Origin: Bacteroidia bacterium | GTDB lineage: Bacteria; Bacteroidota; Bacteroidia; NS11-12g; UBA955 | Length of the DNA stretch: 64,000 nt | NCBI GenBank assembly: GCA_038317095.1 | Contig: JBBQBB010000001.1 | Location: forward strand, 64,011-128,010 | Reading direction: 5' to 3' | Shown: positions 38,620 to 48,061 of the stretch, piece after piece | How the letters are laid out: each line of letters opens with the position of its first letter | Position numbering within the stretch: position 1 is the first letter of the stretch | Translations under genes and position numbers: made by a program | Notes under the pieces: generated by a model | Database searches by the model: none | What the model saw: only the letters and a program-made list of their open reading frames with translations | Told to the model about the DNA's origin: nothing

Positions 38620-38628
38620 TAGTCAATA
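38606..38628. promoter_or_regulatory. Candidate operator: CTATTGAC-a-GTCAATAG palindrome plus an extra GTCAATA half-site
   Basis: Perfect 8-1-8 inverted repeat at 38606-38622. GTCAATA is directly repeated at 38615-38621 and 38622-38628. It sits in the divergent region between the wHTH gene and the BatA-like gene. Confidence 0.45.
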
Positions 38629-38699
38629 AAACCAGTTATTCTTGCGCGCTTGCCAAATGCTGAATACACTATGAAACAAACTACTTATCTTTGCTCCCC

Positions 38700-40733
38700 A
38701 TGCATTTCTTATATCCGGTTTTTCTTTCTGCATTGGCTGTTTTGCTGATTCCGGTTGTCATTCACTTGTTTCATTTTCGCAGGTTTAAAACAGTCATGTT
38801 TAGCAATGTGAAATTTCTGAAAGCGGTAGAAACAGAAAGGAAAAATAGAAATAGACTCAAGCACTTATTGGTTTTATCTGCGCGCTGCTTGGCATTCGCG
38901 TCTTTGGTTTTTGCATTTGCAATTCCAGGTTGCGGAGAAAAAAAGCGGGTAAATGGGAAAGCCGCTGTTTGTATATTTATCGACAATTCTTTCAGTATGG
39001 ACCACAGAAACGGCAAAGGGATTCTGTTAGAAACTGCAAAGCAGAAAGCACGAGAAATTGTAAGCTCACTGGGTGGCCAATCGGAATTTCAAATTTTAAG
39101 TTGTGAACCCAATTTAGGGTCAACTACTTTTGTTAGCCCTAGCGATGCCATTCGCAAAATTGATGACATTCAAGTTTCGCCGCGAAGTCCTTCTTTGGGT
39201 AAAATTTGGAAACAAATGCATGAAGCCTTGCAGTCGGTTCCAAATGAAAATAGACAAGGCTTCTTAATTTCAGATTTTCAAACAAGTTTCATGCGCGAAA
39301 TGCCAAACAACCCGCCAGAAAGCGAATTGGATATCCGGTTTGTACAATTAGAAAATATAGACCGCAAAAATCTATCCGTAGATTCTGCATGGCTCGAGAA
39401 TCCTTTTGCGATGGCGGGTGAAAAAACCAATATTAAATTTAAAATTAGCAATTTTTCCAACGAAAAAATTGTCGACTTAAATGTTCGCCTACTTATCGAT
39501 AATAATTTAGGAGGGGTTGCCAAATTGGAAATACAACCGCAAGGAAATACAGAAGCAACCATTGGTTTTGTGATGCCAAAAATAAATATAAATAGAGGTA
39601 TTTTGGAAATTGATGATCCTGAAAACACATTTGACAACAGACTTTTTTTTAGTTTACAACCCCAAGGCGATTTGCAAGTGTATTTCACCGGCAACAATAG
39701 CTATTTAGAAAAAGCACTGAATACCAATTCGTTTTTTAAAATATCCAAAGAAATCAATTCAATGGCTTCGGTTTATTACCTTAGCGATAGCAAAGGCGTA
39801 GAAGTTACGGAAGCCTCAAAGTTGTCTGCTTTTGTAGAAAATGGGGGTCGACTTGTGGTGATTCCATCCGCAGTTTTGCCCAAAGATGCTTTTGCTGGGC
39901 TGGAAACAATTTTTGGTTTACCTCAGATTAAAGAGGTTAAAAAAGGGCGAATCAAAATTGATAAAAAAGGATTAAACCATGTTTTCTTCAATCAGGTGTT
40001 TAGCGGAATTCCGCAAAATATGGAAATGCCCATGATCTATCAATATTATAGTACAGGGGGAAGTTTGGGCAACGGAGATGCTGTATTGGCGCTTGAGAAT
40101 GGAGATCCGTTTTTGATCCGGGTTCGTTTCGGGAAAGGGTACTTGTATTTTTTTACAAGCGCTTTTGAAACAAGTCAGAGTAATTTTGTGCAGTCGGCGT
40201 TGTTTTTGCCAGTGACTGCCAATTGTGCTTTTAATTATGAACAAACAGGAAGCTTATTTGGCTTAACCGCTTCTAATAAGGGGTATTTGTTAAAAAATAA
40301 ATTTAAAATTGGAGAAAGCAACCTTTTACTAACGGGAGATAAGGGAGAATTCAATCCAGAAGTTCAAAATGGAGTTGCTGGCCAGGAGTTGTTTCTTGGC
40401 TCATGGCTAAAAGAAGCAGGTTTTTATTTGTTATCTGATAAAAACAATGCAAATAGCAAAGAATTAATATCCTTAAATTACCCCAGAACTGAAAGCAATC
40501 CGGCAACTGCGAATGGGGATATGATTGAAAATTTCGAACAAAAAACGGGTGCCAAACAAATCAGTGAAAACAAAACGGGTTTTGCGTTGCAACAAGTATC
40601 TACAGATAATCGCCTTTGGCGCTTGTTTATCTGGCTTGCTGCCGCTTTTTTCGCAGTTGAAGTTTTGTTACTGGTGTTTTGGGATCAGGTTTCAACCAAA
40701 TTGTCTAGCAAAACAAAGCATTTAGTCCTATGA
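38700..40733 (+). CDS. BatA-N-domain / vWA-like membrane protein
   Basis: N-terminal MHFLYPVFLSALAVLLIPVVIHLFHFRR (BatA_N), a MIDAS-like FIDNSFSMD and a C-terminal TM helix. A TATCTTTG box lies 6 nt upstream of the ATG. Confidence 0.8.
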   Translation: MHFLYPVFLSALAVLLIPVVIHLFHFRRFKTVMFSNVKFLKAVETERKNRNRLKHLLVLSARCLAFASLVFAFAIPGCGEKKRVNGKAAVCIFIDNSFSMDHRNGKGILLETAKQKAREIVSSLGGQSEFQILSCEPNLGSTTFVSPSDAIRKIDDIQVSPRSPSLGKIWKQMHEALQSVPNENRQGFLISDFQTSFMREMPNNPPESELDIRFVQLENIDRKNLSVDSAWLENPFAMAGEKTNIKFKISNFSNEKIVDLNVRLLIDNNLGGVAKLEIQPQGNTEATIGFVMPKININRGILEIDDPENTFDNRLFFSLQPQGDLQVYFTGNNSYLEKALNTNSFFKISKEINSMASVYYLSDSKGVEVTEASKLSAFVENGGRLVVIPSAVLPKDAFAGLETIFGLPQIKEVKKGRIKIDKKGLNHVFFNQVFSGIPQNMEMPMIYQYYSTGGSLGNGDAVLALENGDPFLIRVRFGKGYLYFFTSAFETSQSNFVQSALFLPVTANCAFNYEQTGSLFGLTASNKGYLLKNKFKIGESNLLLTGDKGEFNPEVQNGVAGQELFLGSWLKEAGFYLLSDKNNANSKELISLNYPRTESNPATANGDMIENFEQKTGAKQISENKTGFALQQVSTDNRLWRLFIWLAAAFFAVEVLLLVFWDQVSTKLSSKTKHLVL

Positions 40734-42013
40734 GCACTATACTTTTAAGAGATATTACCATTGCTGACCCGCACAGCCAGCATAATGGCAAAACAACAAA
40801 TGTTTTACTTGAAGGAGGAACCGTTCTTTCAATCGGTACCGAAAATTTCACTGCAGACGAAGATATCCAGTGCGCTGGTTATTTTATTTCCCCAGGTTGG
40901 ACCGATACGCTTGCCTTTTGTGGCGAGCCAGGAGAAGAATGGAAAGAAACAATTGCATCGTTGGCTGAAACAGGTTCTGCGGGTGGTTTTACTAGAATTG
41001 CCGCCATGTGTGGAGTTCACCCTTTGCCAGATTCCGCTGCTTCGGTGCATTCTGTAAAACAAAAAGGCAAAAATGTTCAAGCAGAAATTCTTCCCATTGG
41101 TGCCATAACCCTTGGTTGTGAAGGCAAGGAGATGGCCGAAATATTTGATATGCAATCTGCAGGTGCCGTTGCTTTTTTTGATGGAGATCATGCACTCTCT
41201 CAAAATGGCATCAAAAGCAGGGTTTTGGATTATGCGAACAATTGTCAAGCACCCGTTTATTTGTATCCGTGCGACGCCAGTTTATCTGAGGGTGGTAGCA
41301 TGCACGAGGGAATTGAAAGCACAAAGTTGGGTTTAAAGGGAATTCCTTCCATTAGTGAAATTAGCGCACTTCAATCAGATATTTCCTTAGGCAAATGGTT
41401 AAATGTGCCTTTGCATGTGGTTAGAATTAGTTGTGCTAAAAGCGTTGAACTGATTAGACAAGCCAAATTGGAAGGGCTGCAGATTTTTGCCTCCGTTCCA
41501 GTCATGAATTTGCTTTTTACAGACAAAGATTTAGCCGAATTTAATGAGAATTTCAAAGTGCTTCCGCCGCTGCGGACTGAATTGGATAGAATTGCTTTAA
41601 TCAGCGGGGTTCTGGACGGAACCATAGATGCAGTTTGTAGCAACCACGTGCCTCAAGATAGCGAAAGCAAAGACGTTGAATTTGATTATTCTGCAAATGG
41701 TGCCGCTACAATTCAATCTGTTTTTTCAGGGATTTTGGAAGCCACTAAAACACAAGATCCCACATTTGTTGCGGAATTGTTGGCCTATAGATCTGCAAAA
41801 ATGCTCAATCTACCTGTTTCGCCAATTGAAGTGAATCATTCTGGCAGTTACACATTATTCACATTGAAAAATTCAAGTATATTTATAAACAGCACCAGCA
41901 AAAGTAGAAACAATCCATTCGAAGGTAAATCTATGGTGGGATCAATTTTAGGAACCATTCACGATGGAAAATTTCAAACACAGTTGCAATCAGGAGGTTC
42001 AAATAATAGATGA
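40730..42013 (+). CDS. Dihydroorotase-like amidohydrolase-fold protein lacking metal ligands (PyrC'-like)
   Basis: Collinear with type I dihydroorotases, but GWTDTLAFCGEPG replaces the DxHVHxREPG motif and SNH replaces the catalytic TDH. Confidence 0.8.
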   Translation: MSTILLRDITIADPHSQHNGKTTNVLLEGGTVLSIGTENFTADEDIQCAGYFISPGWTDTLAFCGEPGEEWKETIASLAETGSAGGFTRIAAMCGVHPLPDSAASVHSVKQKGKNVQAEILPIGAITLGCEGKEMAEIFDMQSAGAVAFFDGDHALSQNGIKSRVLDYANNCQAPVYLYPCDASLSEGGSMHEGIESTKLGLKGIPSISEISALQSDISLGKWLNVPLHVVRISCAKSVELIRQAKLEGLQIFASVPVMNLLFTDKDLAEFNENFKVLPPLRTELDRIALISGVLDGTIDAVCSNHVPQDSESKDVEFDYSANGAATIQSVFSGILEATKTQDPTFVAELLAYRSAKMLNLPVSPIEVNHSGSYTLFTLKNSSIFINSTSKSRNNPFEGKSMVGSILGTIHDGKFQTQLQSGGSNNR

Positions 42014-42552
42014 AAGCATTTTTAAATAGACCAGCCGTGTTTCATGGAATTATGGCTGGTTTGGTTGTTTTCGCCCTTAAACTGGCAATGTTTTTTTCGG
42101 GTAATTGGTCTTTTAAACTGTCGCCTTATTATTTATATGTATCTTTTATACCCATAGCTGTGGGCATGATTCTCGGAAGTTTGGGCGAAAAAAAACGGGT
42201 AGAGTTGTACAATTATTGGAAAGCGTTGCTTTCTTGCATTTTGGTATCTTTCATCGCTGTTTTTATTGCACAATTGGCTGAGCAAGTTATTTACCGAAAA
42301 TTGGATAAATCGTTGGCAGAAAAAACCAAGATTCAAATGGTTATAGCCGAAACCGAAGCTTTAAAAAAGGTGAAACTATTCTCCCAGAAAAGCAAAGATT
42401 TTTTCATTGAAACTATGGAAAAATCTGACCCTAAAGACATGTATAGCATTGCCAATTTGTTGGTAGCAATTCCTACCTATACTTTCTTAAATGGCATTTG
42501 GGGCTTGTTAATTGCTAATTTTACTCGAAAAAGAATTCCAAAAGTGGAATGA
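42010..42552 (+). CDS. DUF4199-like membrane protein
   Basis: Four predicted TM helices. Size and position after the DHOase-like gene are typical. Weak family recognition. Confidence 0.55.
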   Translation: MKAFLNRPAVFHGIMAGLVVFALKLAMFFSGNWSFKLSPYYLYVSFIPIAVGMILGSLGEKKRVELYNYWKALLSCILVSFIAVFIAQLAEQVIYRKLDKSLAEKTKIQMVIAETEALKKVKLFSQKSKDFFIETMEKSDPKDMYSIANLLVAIPTYTFLNGIWGLLIANFTRKRIPKVE

Positions 42553-42594
42553 TCTTTTGCAAAACTTGAACCTTGAAATTTAAATCATGTAAAA

Positions 42595-43392
42595 ATGAAG
42601 TCCATAACTTCAGTACAAAATCCTTTTATCCGGGAAATTCAAAACCTACAGTCGAAAAGTAAGTTGAGAAAGCAACACGGACATTTTGTTTGTGAAGGAT
42701 TGAATGAAATTCGATTGTGTTATTTAAGTGGTTTTGAGATTGAAAAGTTGGTTTTTTGTGAAGATTTAATCGCAAAAGAGGCTTTGGTACAAAACACAGG
42801 AATAGGTGATAAAGATACCGAATGGATTGTCGTAAATCGAGATGTTTTTTCAAAAATAGCCTACCGTGAAGATGTTGAAAATGCCATTGCTATAGTTAAA
42901 ATAAAAGAAATTAATCTAGATGCGTTGAAATGGTCGGATCATGCGCTTTTTTTAGTGGCAGAAAAAGTAGAAAAACCTGGAAATATTGGGGCGTTGCTTC
43001 GCAGTGCAGATGCCGCAGGCGTTACTGCCGTTTTGCTAGCCGACCCAATTTGCGATATCTACAACCCCAATGTGATTCGTAGCAGCGTAGGTTCTGTTTT
43101 TACAGTGCCAATTGTTTCAGCTACAACCGAAGAAATTCAACTTTTTTTGGCAAAAAATAAGGTTTCGGTGTTTACAACATTCATGGAGAATGCAACCTCT
43201 GCTTGGGATTCTAACTTAACCGAAGCTTGCGCCATTGTTTTAGGTACCGAGCATTCTGGCTTGACGAGCCAATGGAAAAAACCAGAGTACCAGAATATCA
43301 ATTACTCGATGTTTGGCAAAGTGGATAGTTTAAATATTTCCATTGCTGCTGCGTTGTTAATTTTTGAGGCTGTTCGGCAGCGAAGGTCTTAA
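42595..43392 (+). CDS. TrmH/SpoU family RNA 2'-O-methyltransferase
   Basis: VEKPGNIGALLRSADAAGV, LGTEHSGLT and SLNISIAAALLIFE motifs. Confidence 0.85.
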   Translation: MKSITSVQNPFIREIQNLQSKSKLRKQHGHFVCEGLNEIRLCYLSGFEIEKLVFCEDLIAKEALVQNTGIGDKDTEWIVVNRDVFSKIAYREDVENAIAIVKIKEINLDALKWSDHALFLVAEKVEKPGNIGALLRSADAAGVTAVLLADPICDIYNPNVIRSSVGSVFTVPIVSATTEEIQLFLAKNKVSVFTTFMENATSAWDSNLTEACAIVLGTEHSGLTSQWKKPEYQNINYSMFGKVDSLNISIAAALLIFEAVRQRRS

Positions 43393-43398
43393 ATGGAG

Positions 43399-43406
43399 TA
43401 ACTTTG
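43399..43406 (+). promoter_or_regulatory. -7 promoter box TAACTTTG, 4 nt upstream of GTG 43411
   Basis: Exact TAnnTTTG, followed by cctt and then the GTG. Confidence 0.35.
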
Positions 43407-43410
43407 CCTT

Positions 43411-44736
43411 GTGCAAAATATTCTTGTTCTTGGCGCTGGAAAAAGTTCTTTTTATTTGCTAGAATACCTAGCTAAAATCGCATCCGAAAACTTTTGGAAA
43501 ATTACGGCTTGCGATAAAGATGCAGATACGCTTTCTGCGCATACACAAAATATAAAGGGCATTTATACCCAGCAGTTAGACATTTCCAATACTGAAAATT
43601 TAGAGTCTTTGATTCAAGATTCAAATTTGGTTGTTTCTCTTCTTCCCCCAGCGCTGCATCCAACGGTTGCAAGGTTTTGTCTCAAACACAAGGCACATTT
43701 GGCTACAGCCTCATATGTTTCGCCTGAAATGCAGCTTTTGCATCAAGATGCCTGCGAGAATCAACTTGTTTTTTTGAATGAAATGGGTTTAGATCCGGGC
43801 ATTGATCATATGTCAGCCGTGAAAATGTTGGATGAAATTAAATCGCTTGGAGGTGAAATTACTTCGTTTGAAAGTTATTGCGGTGGCCTTGTCTGTGAAG
43901 AAGATTGCGCAGATAATCCTTGGAAATATAAATTTTCTTGGAATCCTATGAATGTAATTTTGGCTGGACAAGGCGGGATGTCCGTTTTTCGCCAAGACCA
44001 GCAGGATAGATACATCCCATGGCCCCAGCTTTTTGCACATTCGCAGGAATTGGATATTCCAGGCATGCTTAAATTAGAAGCTTACCCAAACAGAGACAGT
44101 TTGGGTTATATGAACTTGTATGGTTTATCTTCCGCAAAAACCTTTTTGCGAGGCACGCTGCGCCGTATGGGTTTTTGTAAATCTTGGCAAGTATTGGTAG
44201 ACTTAGGTTTTACCGAAAACCATACAGTTTTAAAAGATTCTATCCAATCTATCGGAGAATTAACCTCAGCGTTAACTGGCTGTAAAAATACCATCCCCTT
44301 TGAAATATGGTTATATCAAAATGGCTATATTCAAGAGCAACAGCAGAATATGTTTAGGTTTTTAGAACTGCATTCTCAAGTGGAACTGACCCGAGAAAAG
44401 TGCACACCAGCAATGCTTCTAAAGCTTCACCTTGAGAAATATTGGAAACTGGAAAAATTGGATCGGGATGAGGTAATCATGTACCATCGTGTCATGTACT
44501 GCAAACAAAATGTAAATTATTGTGTACAAGCAGTCATGAAAGTTGCTGGCAATGACTGCGTACATACAGCAATGGCCAAAACGGTGGGTTTGCCATTGGC
44601 AATGGGAGCAGAGCTAATTTTAAAAGGGTTAATTGATGAAAAAGGTGTATGTATTCCAGCATCTAAGCAATGGTATAGTCAAGTGTTGCCCAAGCTTGAA
44701 AATTTGGGCATTGCGTTCAAAGAGTACCGCACATAA
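43411..44736 (+). CDS. Saccharopine dehydrogenase family protein
   Basis: ILVLGAGKSS Rossmann N-terminus and LNEMGLDPGIDHM motif. Confidence 0.8.
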   Translation: MQNILVLGAGKSSFYLLEYLAKIASENFWKITACDKDADTLSAHTQNIKGIYTQQLDISNTENLESLIQDSNLVVSLLPPALHPTVARFCLKHKAHLATASYVSPEMQLLHQDACENQLVFLNEMGLDPGIDHMSAVKMLDEIKSLGGEITSFESYCGGLVCEEDCADNPWKYKFSWNPMNVILAGQGGMSVFRQDQQDRYIPWPQLFAHSQELDIPGMLKLEAYPNRDSLGYMNLYGLSSAKTFLRGTLRRMGFCKSWQVLVDLGFTENHTVLKDSIQSIGELTSALTGCKNTIPFEIWLYQNGYIQEQQQNMFRFLELHSQVELTREKCTPAMLLKLHLEKYWKLEKLDRDEVIMYHRVMYCKQNVNYCVQAVMKVAGNDCVHTAMAKTVGLPLAMGAELILKGLIDEKGVCIPASKQWYSQVLPKLENLGIAFKEYRT

Positions 44737-44808
44737 AAGTACATTTTTCCACATTTTTGGGCAATAACTTACTTTTTATGTATTTTTGGAACAACGCTTT
44801 AATTAATT

Positions 44809-45876
44809 ATGACACGTAGAAGTATAATTTTCATTTTTTTCTTCCTGTGCACGGTAAGTTTATTCTCTCAAGCCGTGGACACATCCAAGTTTAAAATGTA
44901 CACGAAATTAACAGGCCACAGCCGCAGTGTAGAGTCAGTGGCATTTTCGCCCAATGGTAAATTAATGGCTAGTGGGGGGTGGGATAATACTATCCACGTC
45001 TACAAAGCAGACACTCCGGGTTTTGCAACTGAAAAGTTTGTGCTTAAAGGCCATATGGGTGGCGTTACATCTTTGTTTTTTTCCAAAGACAACAAATTCT
45101 TAGCTAGCGCCTCCAAAGATTTTTCTATTCGTGTTTACAATTTAGAAAACGGAGAATTGGTTTTTTCGGCCAATGATCATAGGGGAGAAGCTACGCGTGT
45201 ATTTGTCGATCCAAAATCGAAGTTTTTGATGAGCAGTTCTTTGGATGGTACATTGATGATGTATGAATTTCAAAATGCCACAGCCAAGTCTCGTACAATA
45301 AAATATAGTGGTGTCATCAATAGCTTCGTGCCAGCCATCGATGGCAAAAGCTTGTACATTGCCACAGACAAGGGGGATATTGACAATATCGATTTTAAAT
45401 CTATGGTTATTAGAAGTTTAAAAGGTCATACTGCAAAGGTCAATTGTCTAGAGCTTTCACCAAATGGTAAGCTACTTGCCAGTGGTAGCGATGATAAAAC
45501 CATAATTATCTGGGATTTGGCCACAGGTAAAATTTTGAAAACGCTAAAGGGGAATTCTTGGAAAATCACCAGTGTAGCCTGGAGTAGCGACGGTAATTAT
45601 TTAACCAGCACCTGCAATGATGGCCTAACGAAAGTTTGGGATCTAAATACAGGAACCCAGTTGAAAATATTAAACACCTTGGGTAAAAATGCCCGTTGTG
45701 CCGCTTGGAGTCCAAATATGGGATTTATTCTTGTAGCTTCATTGATGGATGCTACCAGCAACGGAGCAATATTGTATGCAACCCCTTTGCAAAAGCTACC
45801 GCCTGCCCCGCCAGTGAAGCCTGAAGTTAAGTCGTCTGTCAATAAACCCATTGTCAAAGCTGTCAAAAAACCATAA
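44809..45876 (+). CDS. Secreted WD40-repeat protein
   Basis: Signal peptide. Repeated GH...V.S.AFSP.GK.LASGS.D.TI..W units (at least 6). Confidence 0.85.
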   Translation: MTRRSIIFIFFFLCTVSLFSQAVDTSKFKMYTKLTGHSRSVESVAFSPNGKLMASGGWDNTIHVYKADTPGFATEKFVLKGHMGGVTSLFFSKDNKFLASASKDFSIRVYNLENGELVFSANDHRGEATRVFVDPKSKFLMSSSLDGTLMMYEFQNATAKSRTIKYSGVINSFVPAIDGKSLYIATDKGDIDNIDFKSMVIRSLKGHTAKVNCLELSPNGKLLASGSDDKTIIIWDLATGKILKTLKGNSWKITSVAWSSDGNYLTSTCNDGLTKVWDLNTGTQLKILNTLGKNARCAAWSPNMGFILVASLMDATSNGAILYATPLQKLPPAPPVKPEVKSSVNKPIVKAVKKP

Positions 45877-45885
45877 TCCATTTCT

Positions 45886-46302
45886 ATGATTTCTGATTCC
45901 ATAAATTCAGGAAAAGCACCTGAACCTGTTGGCCATTACCCACATGCCAGAAAAGTGGGCGATTTGTTGTTTTTATCTGGCGTAGGTCCCAGGGAAAGAG
46001 GTAGCAAAACCATTCCCGGTGTTGAATTGGACATAAATAAAGATATTGTTGACTATGATATTGAAATTCAATGCCGAAGCGTATTTCAAAATGTGAAATA
46101 TATTTTGGAAGAAGCGGGCTCTAGTTGGGATAAAATCGTAGATGTTACCGTCTATTTAACCAATATGAAAGACGATTTTTCAACATACAACAAACTTTGG
46201 GCTGAGTATTTTTCAGAAAATCCGCCCTGTAGAACCACCTTAGAAATAAATTGTTTACCTACCCCAATTGCCATTGAATTAAAGGTGATAGCAACAATTT
46301 AA
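45886..46302 (+). CDS. RidA/YjgF family protein
   Basis: GHYPHARKVGDLLFLSG..., VDVTVYLTNMKDDF and CRTTLEINCLPTPIAIELKVIA. Confidence 0.9.
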   Translation: MISDSINSGKAPEPVGHYPHARKVGDLLFLSGVGPRERGSKTIPGVELDINKDIVDYDIEIQCRSVFQNVKYILEEAGSSWDKIVDVTVYLTNMKDDFSTYNKLWAEYFSENPPCRTTLEINCLPTPIAIELKVIATI

Positions 46303-46326
46303 TTCCTTAAATATCTAGTCAATGCG

Positions 46327-46629
46327 TTAAGATGCCGTTGCCTGCCTGGTTTTAAATCTTTCAAGCTGGTGCTTTAATGCTTCCATGGCATTGTCAGTGG
46401 CGGCCTCAAAAGTCTTGTCTTGCATGGTTGCAAATAGTTGAGAATCTGCCAAATTTATTTTGCACTCTATCAATTTGTTGTTTTTGTCTGAGGTCTGATC
46501 TACTTTTAAATAGACAGTTGCATTTACTATGCGGTTGTAATAGCGGTCTAGTTTTGCAAGTTTACTAGAAATGAAATCCAATAGTTTTTGGTCTGCTTTA
46601 AAGTTTGTTGTTTGAAAATCAATTACCAT
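46327..46629 (-). CDS. hpf: Ribosome hibernation promoting factor / RaiA family
   Basis: 100 aa. LLDFISSKLAKLDRYYNRIVNATVYLK...FEAATDNAMEALKHQLERFK. Confidence 0.9.
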   Translation of the reverse strand: MVIDFQTTNFKADQKLLDFISSKLAKLDRYYNRIVNATVYLKVDQTSDKNNKLIECKINLADSQLFATMQDKTFEAATDNAMEALKHQLERFKTRQATAS

Positions 46630-46784
46630 GTTGTTGAATTTTAATTAGTTAGACATTTAGTTAGAAGCACTTTGCTTTATGCAATTTAGGATAACATTTG
46701 ATATTTCCAAACCACATTTAAACTATTTTTAATTTTAGTAGACCAATTTATTGTGCATACCGATGAAAGGTGCCACCCCATTGA

Positions 46785-47660
46785 TTATTCTCTTGGATGT
46801 AATTTATGCACCAACTTCAATTTTTCAAAAGAGTTTTTTGTATAAACTTGGGTTGCAGATAGCGATGTGTGCCCCAAAAGATCTTTTATAGCCAGTAAAT
46901 CTGCGCCATTGTTCAGCAGGTGGGTGGCAAAAGAATGCCGCAATACATGAGGACTGGTTTTTAGTGCGGATGAAAAAAGTTGAAGATATTTTGTTACTAT
47001 GCGGTAAACCAACATTGGGTATAATTTTGTTCCATTTTCCAACGTGAACAAATAACCTGTGTAAGATCCATCGGATTTATATTGTTCCAGTGCAACGCAC
47101 AATTCTGGATGCATGGGAACAATGCGCTGTTTGTTTCTTTTCCCAAGTACAGTGATATTTTTTCTAGAAAAGTCGATGTCCGATTTCTTTAAATTGATTA
47201 ACTCCGACAGGCGCATTCCCGTTGTGTAAAAAAGCAAGAGCAGCAAGCAATCTCTTTCTCCATTCACTGTTTCGTTCCACGGGAAATTTCTGAACATTTG
47301 CTGTAGGTCTGCAGCGGGGATATCTAAAATAATTTTTTTTGGAATCTTTGGCAATGTCATTTTGGCCATTGGATCCTTTTCCAGAATCCCTTGTTTGCGC
47401 AACTGTTTGATTAAAGTACGTAGGGCTGATATTTTGCGATGTACTGTTTTCGGAGACATGCCATCTGTCAGCATTTCCGACATCCAACTTCTAATTATAG
47501 TAGATTTCCAATCTTTGGGTTCGGGAGAGTCAAAAAGGGTAAGAAACTGCCAAAACTGAGATAGGTCGCTTCTATAGGCAGTTACAGTATGCACCGACAT
47601 CCTTCGGTTGAAGGTCAGCCCATATAGGAAATCTTCCATGTACTGGGGTAGAATTGCCAT
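46785..47660 (-). CDS. xerC: Tyrosine recombinase XerC/XerD family
   Basis: GMRLSELINLK, HVLRHSFATHLL and LLGHTSLSATQVYT catalytic motifs. It sits in the conserved rpsU-xerC-hpf arrangement. Confidence 0.85.
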   Translation of the reverse strand: MAILPQYMEDFLYGLTFNRRMSVHTVTAYRSDLSQFWQFLTLFDSPEPKDWKSTIIRSWMSEMLTDGMSPKTVHRKISALRTLIKQLRKQGILEKDPMAKMTLPKIPKKIILDIPAADLQQMFRNFPWNETVNGERDCLLLLLFYTTGMRLSELINLKKSDIDFSRKNITVLGKRNKQRIVPMHPELCVALEQYKSDGSYTGYLFTLENGTKLYPMLVYRIVTKYLQLFSSALKTSPHVLRHSFATHLLNNGADLLAIKDLLGHTSLSATQVYTKNSFEKLKLVHKLHPRE

Positions 47661-47763
47661 TGCTAGAAACAAATAGAACGAATTTTATCCAAAACAAATA
47701 GGCAATATTATCAGCATTGGTGGATAACTGGTATTGAATGAAATCCAAAGTGTAATAAAACCA

Positions 47764-47796
47764 AATAAAAAAACCGCCAACTGTGGGCGGTTTGGT
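47764..47796 (-). terminator. Rho-independent terminator after rpsU
   Basis: On the minus strand, aaaccgcc-cacagtt-ggcggttt is followed by a T run. Confidence 0.75.
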
Positions 47797-47815
47797 TATG
47801 ATCTAATAGGTTCAA

Positions 47816-48013
47816 TTAATTCTCAATATCGGCAAGCTGCATTTTCTGCTTGTATGCTGCGCGAATTTTTTGTTGACGTTTAGTAATACAGGGCTTTTCA
47901 AATGCCTGGCGTGAACGAAGTTCTTTGATTACTCCGATTTTCTCGAATTTCTTTTTGAACTTTTTAAGCGCCTTATCCAGCGTGTCGCTTTCTTTTACGT
48001 TGATGATAATCAT
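47816..48013 (-). CDS. rpsU: 30S ribosomal protein S21
   Basis: 65 aa. LDKALKKFKKKFEKIGVIKELRSRQAFEKP... A TATATTTG box lies 18 nt upstream. Confidence 0.95.
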   Translation of the reverse strand: MIIINVKESDTLDKALKKFKKKFEKIGVIKELRSRQAFEKPCITKRQQKIRAAYKQKMQLADIEN

Positions 48014-48061
48014 GCTCTAATTTTGGGAGTGCAAATATAATAAAAAAAAATACATTTTCAA

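Noticed and set aside
46785-47660. Tyrosine recombinase as the integrase of an integrated element.
   Set aside because: It sits in the conserved housekeeping rpsU-xerC-hpf arrangement. There is no flanking tRNA, repeats or cargo genes, so it is most likely the chromosomal Xer recombinase.
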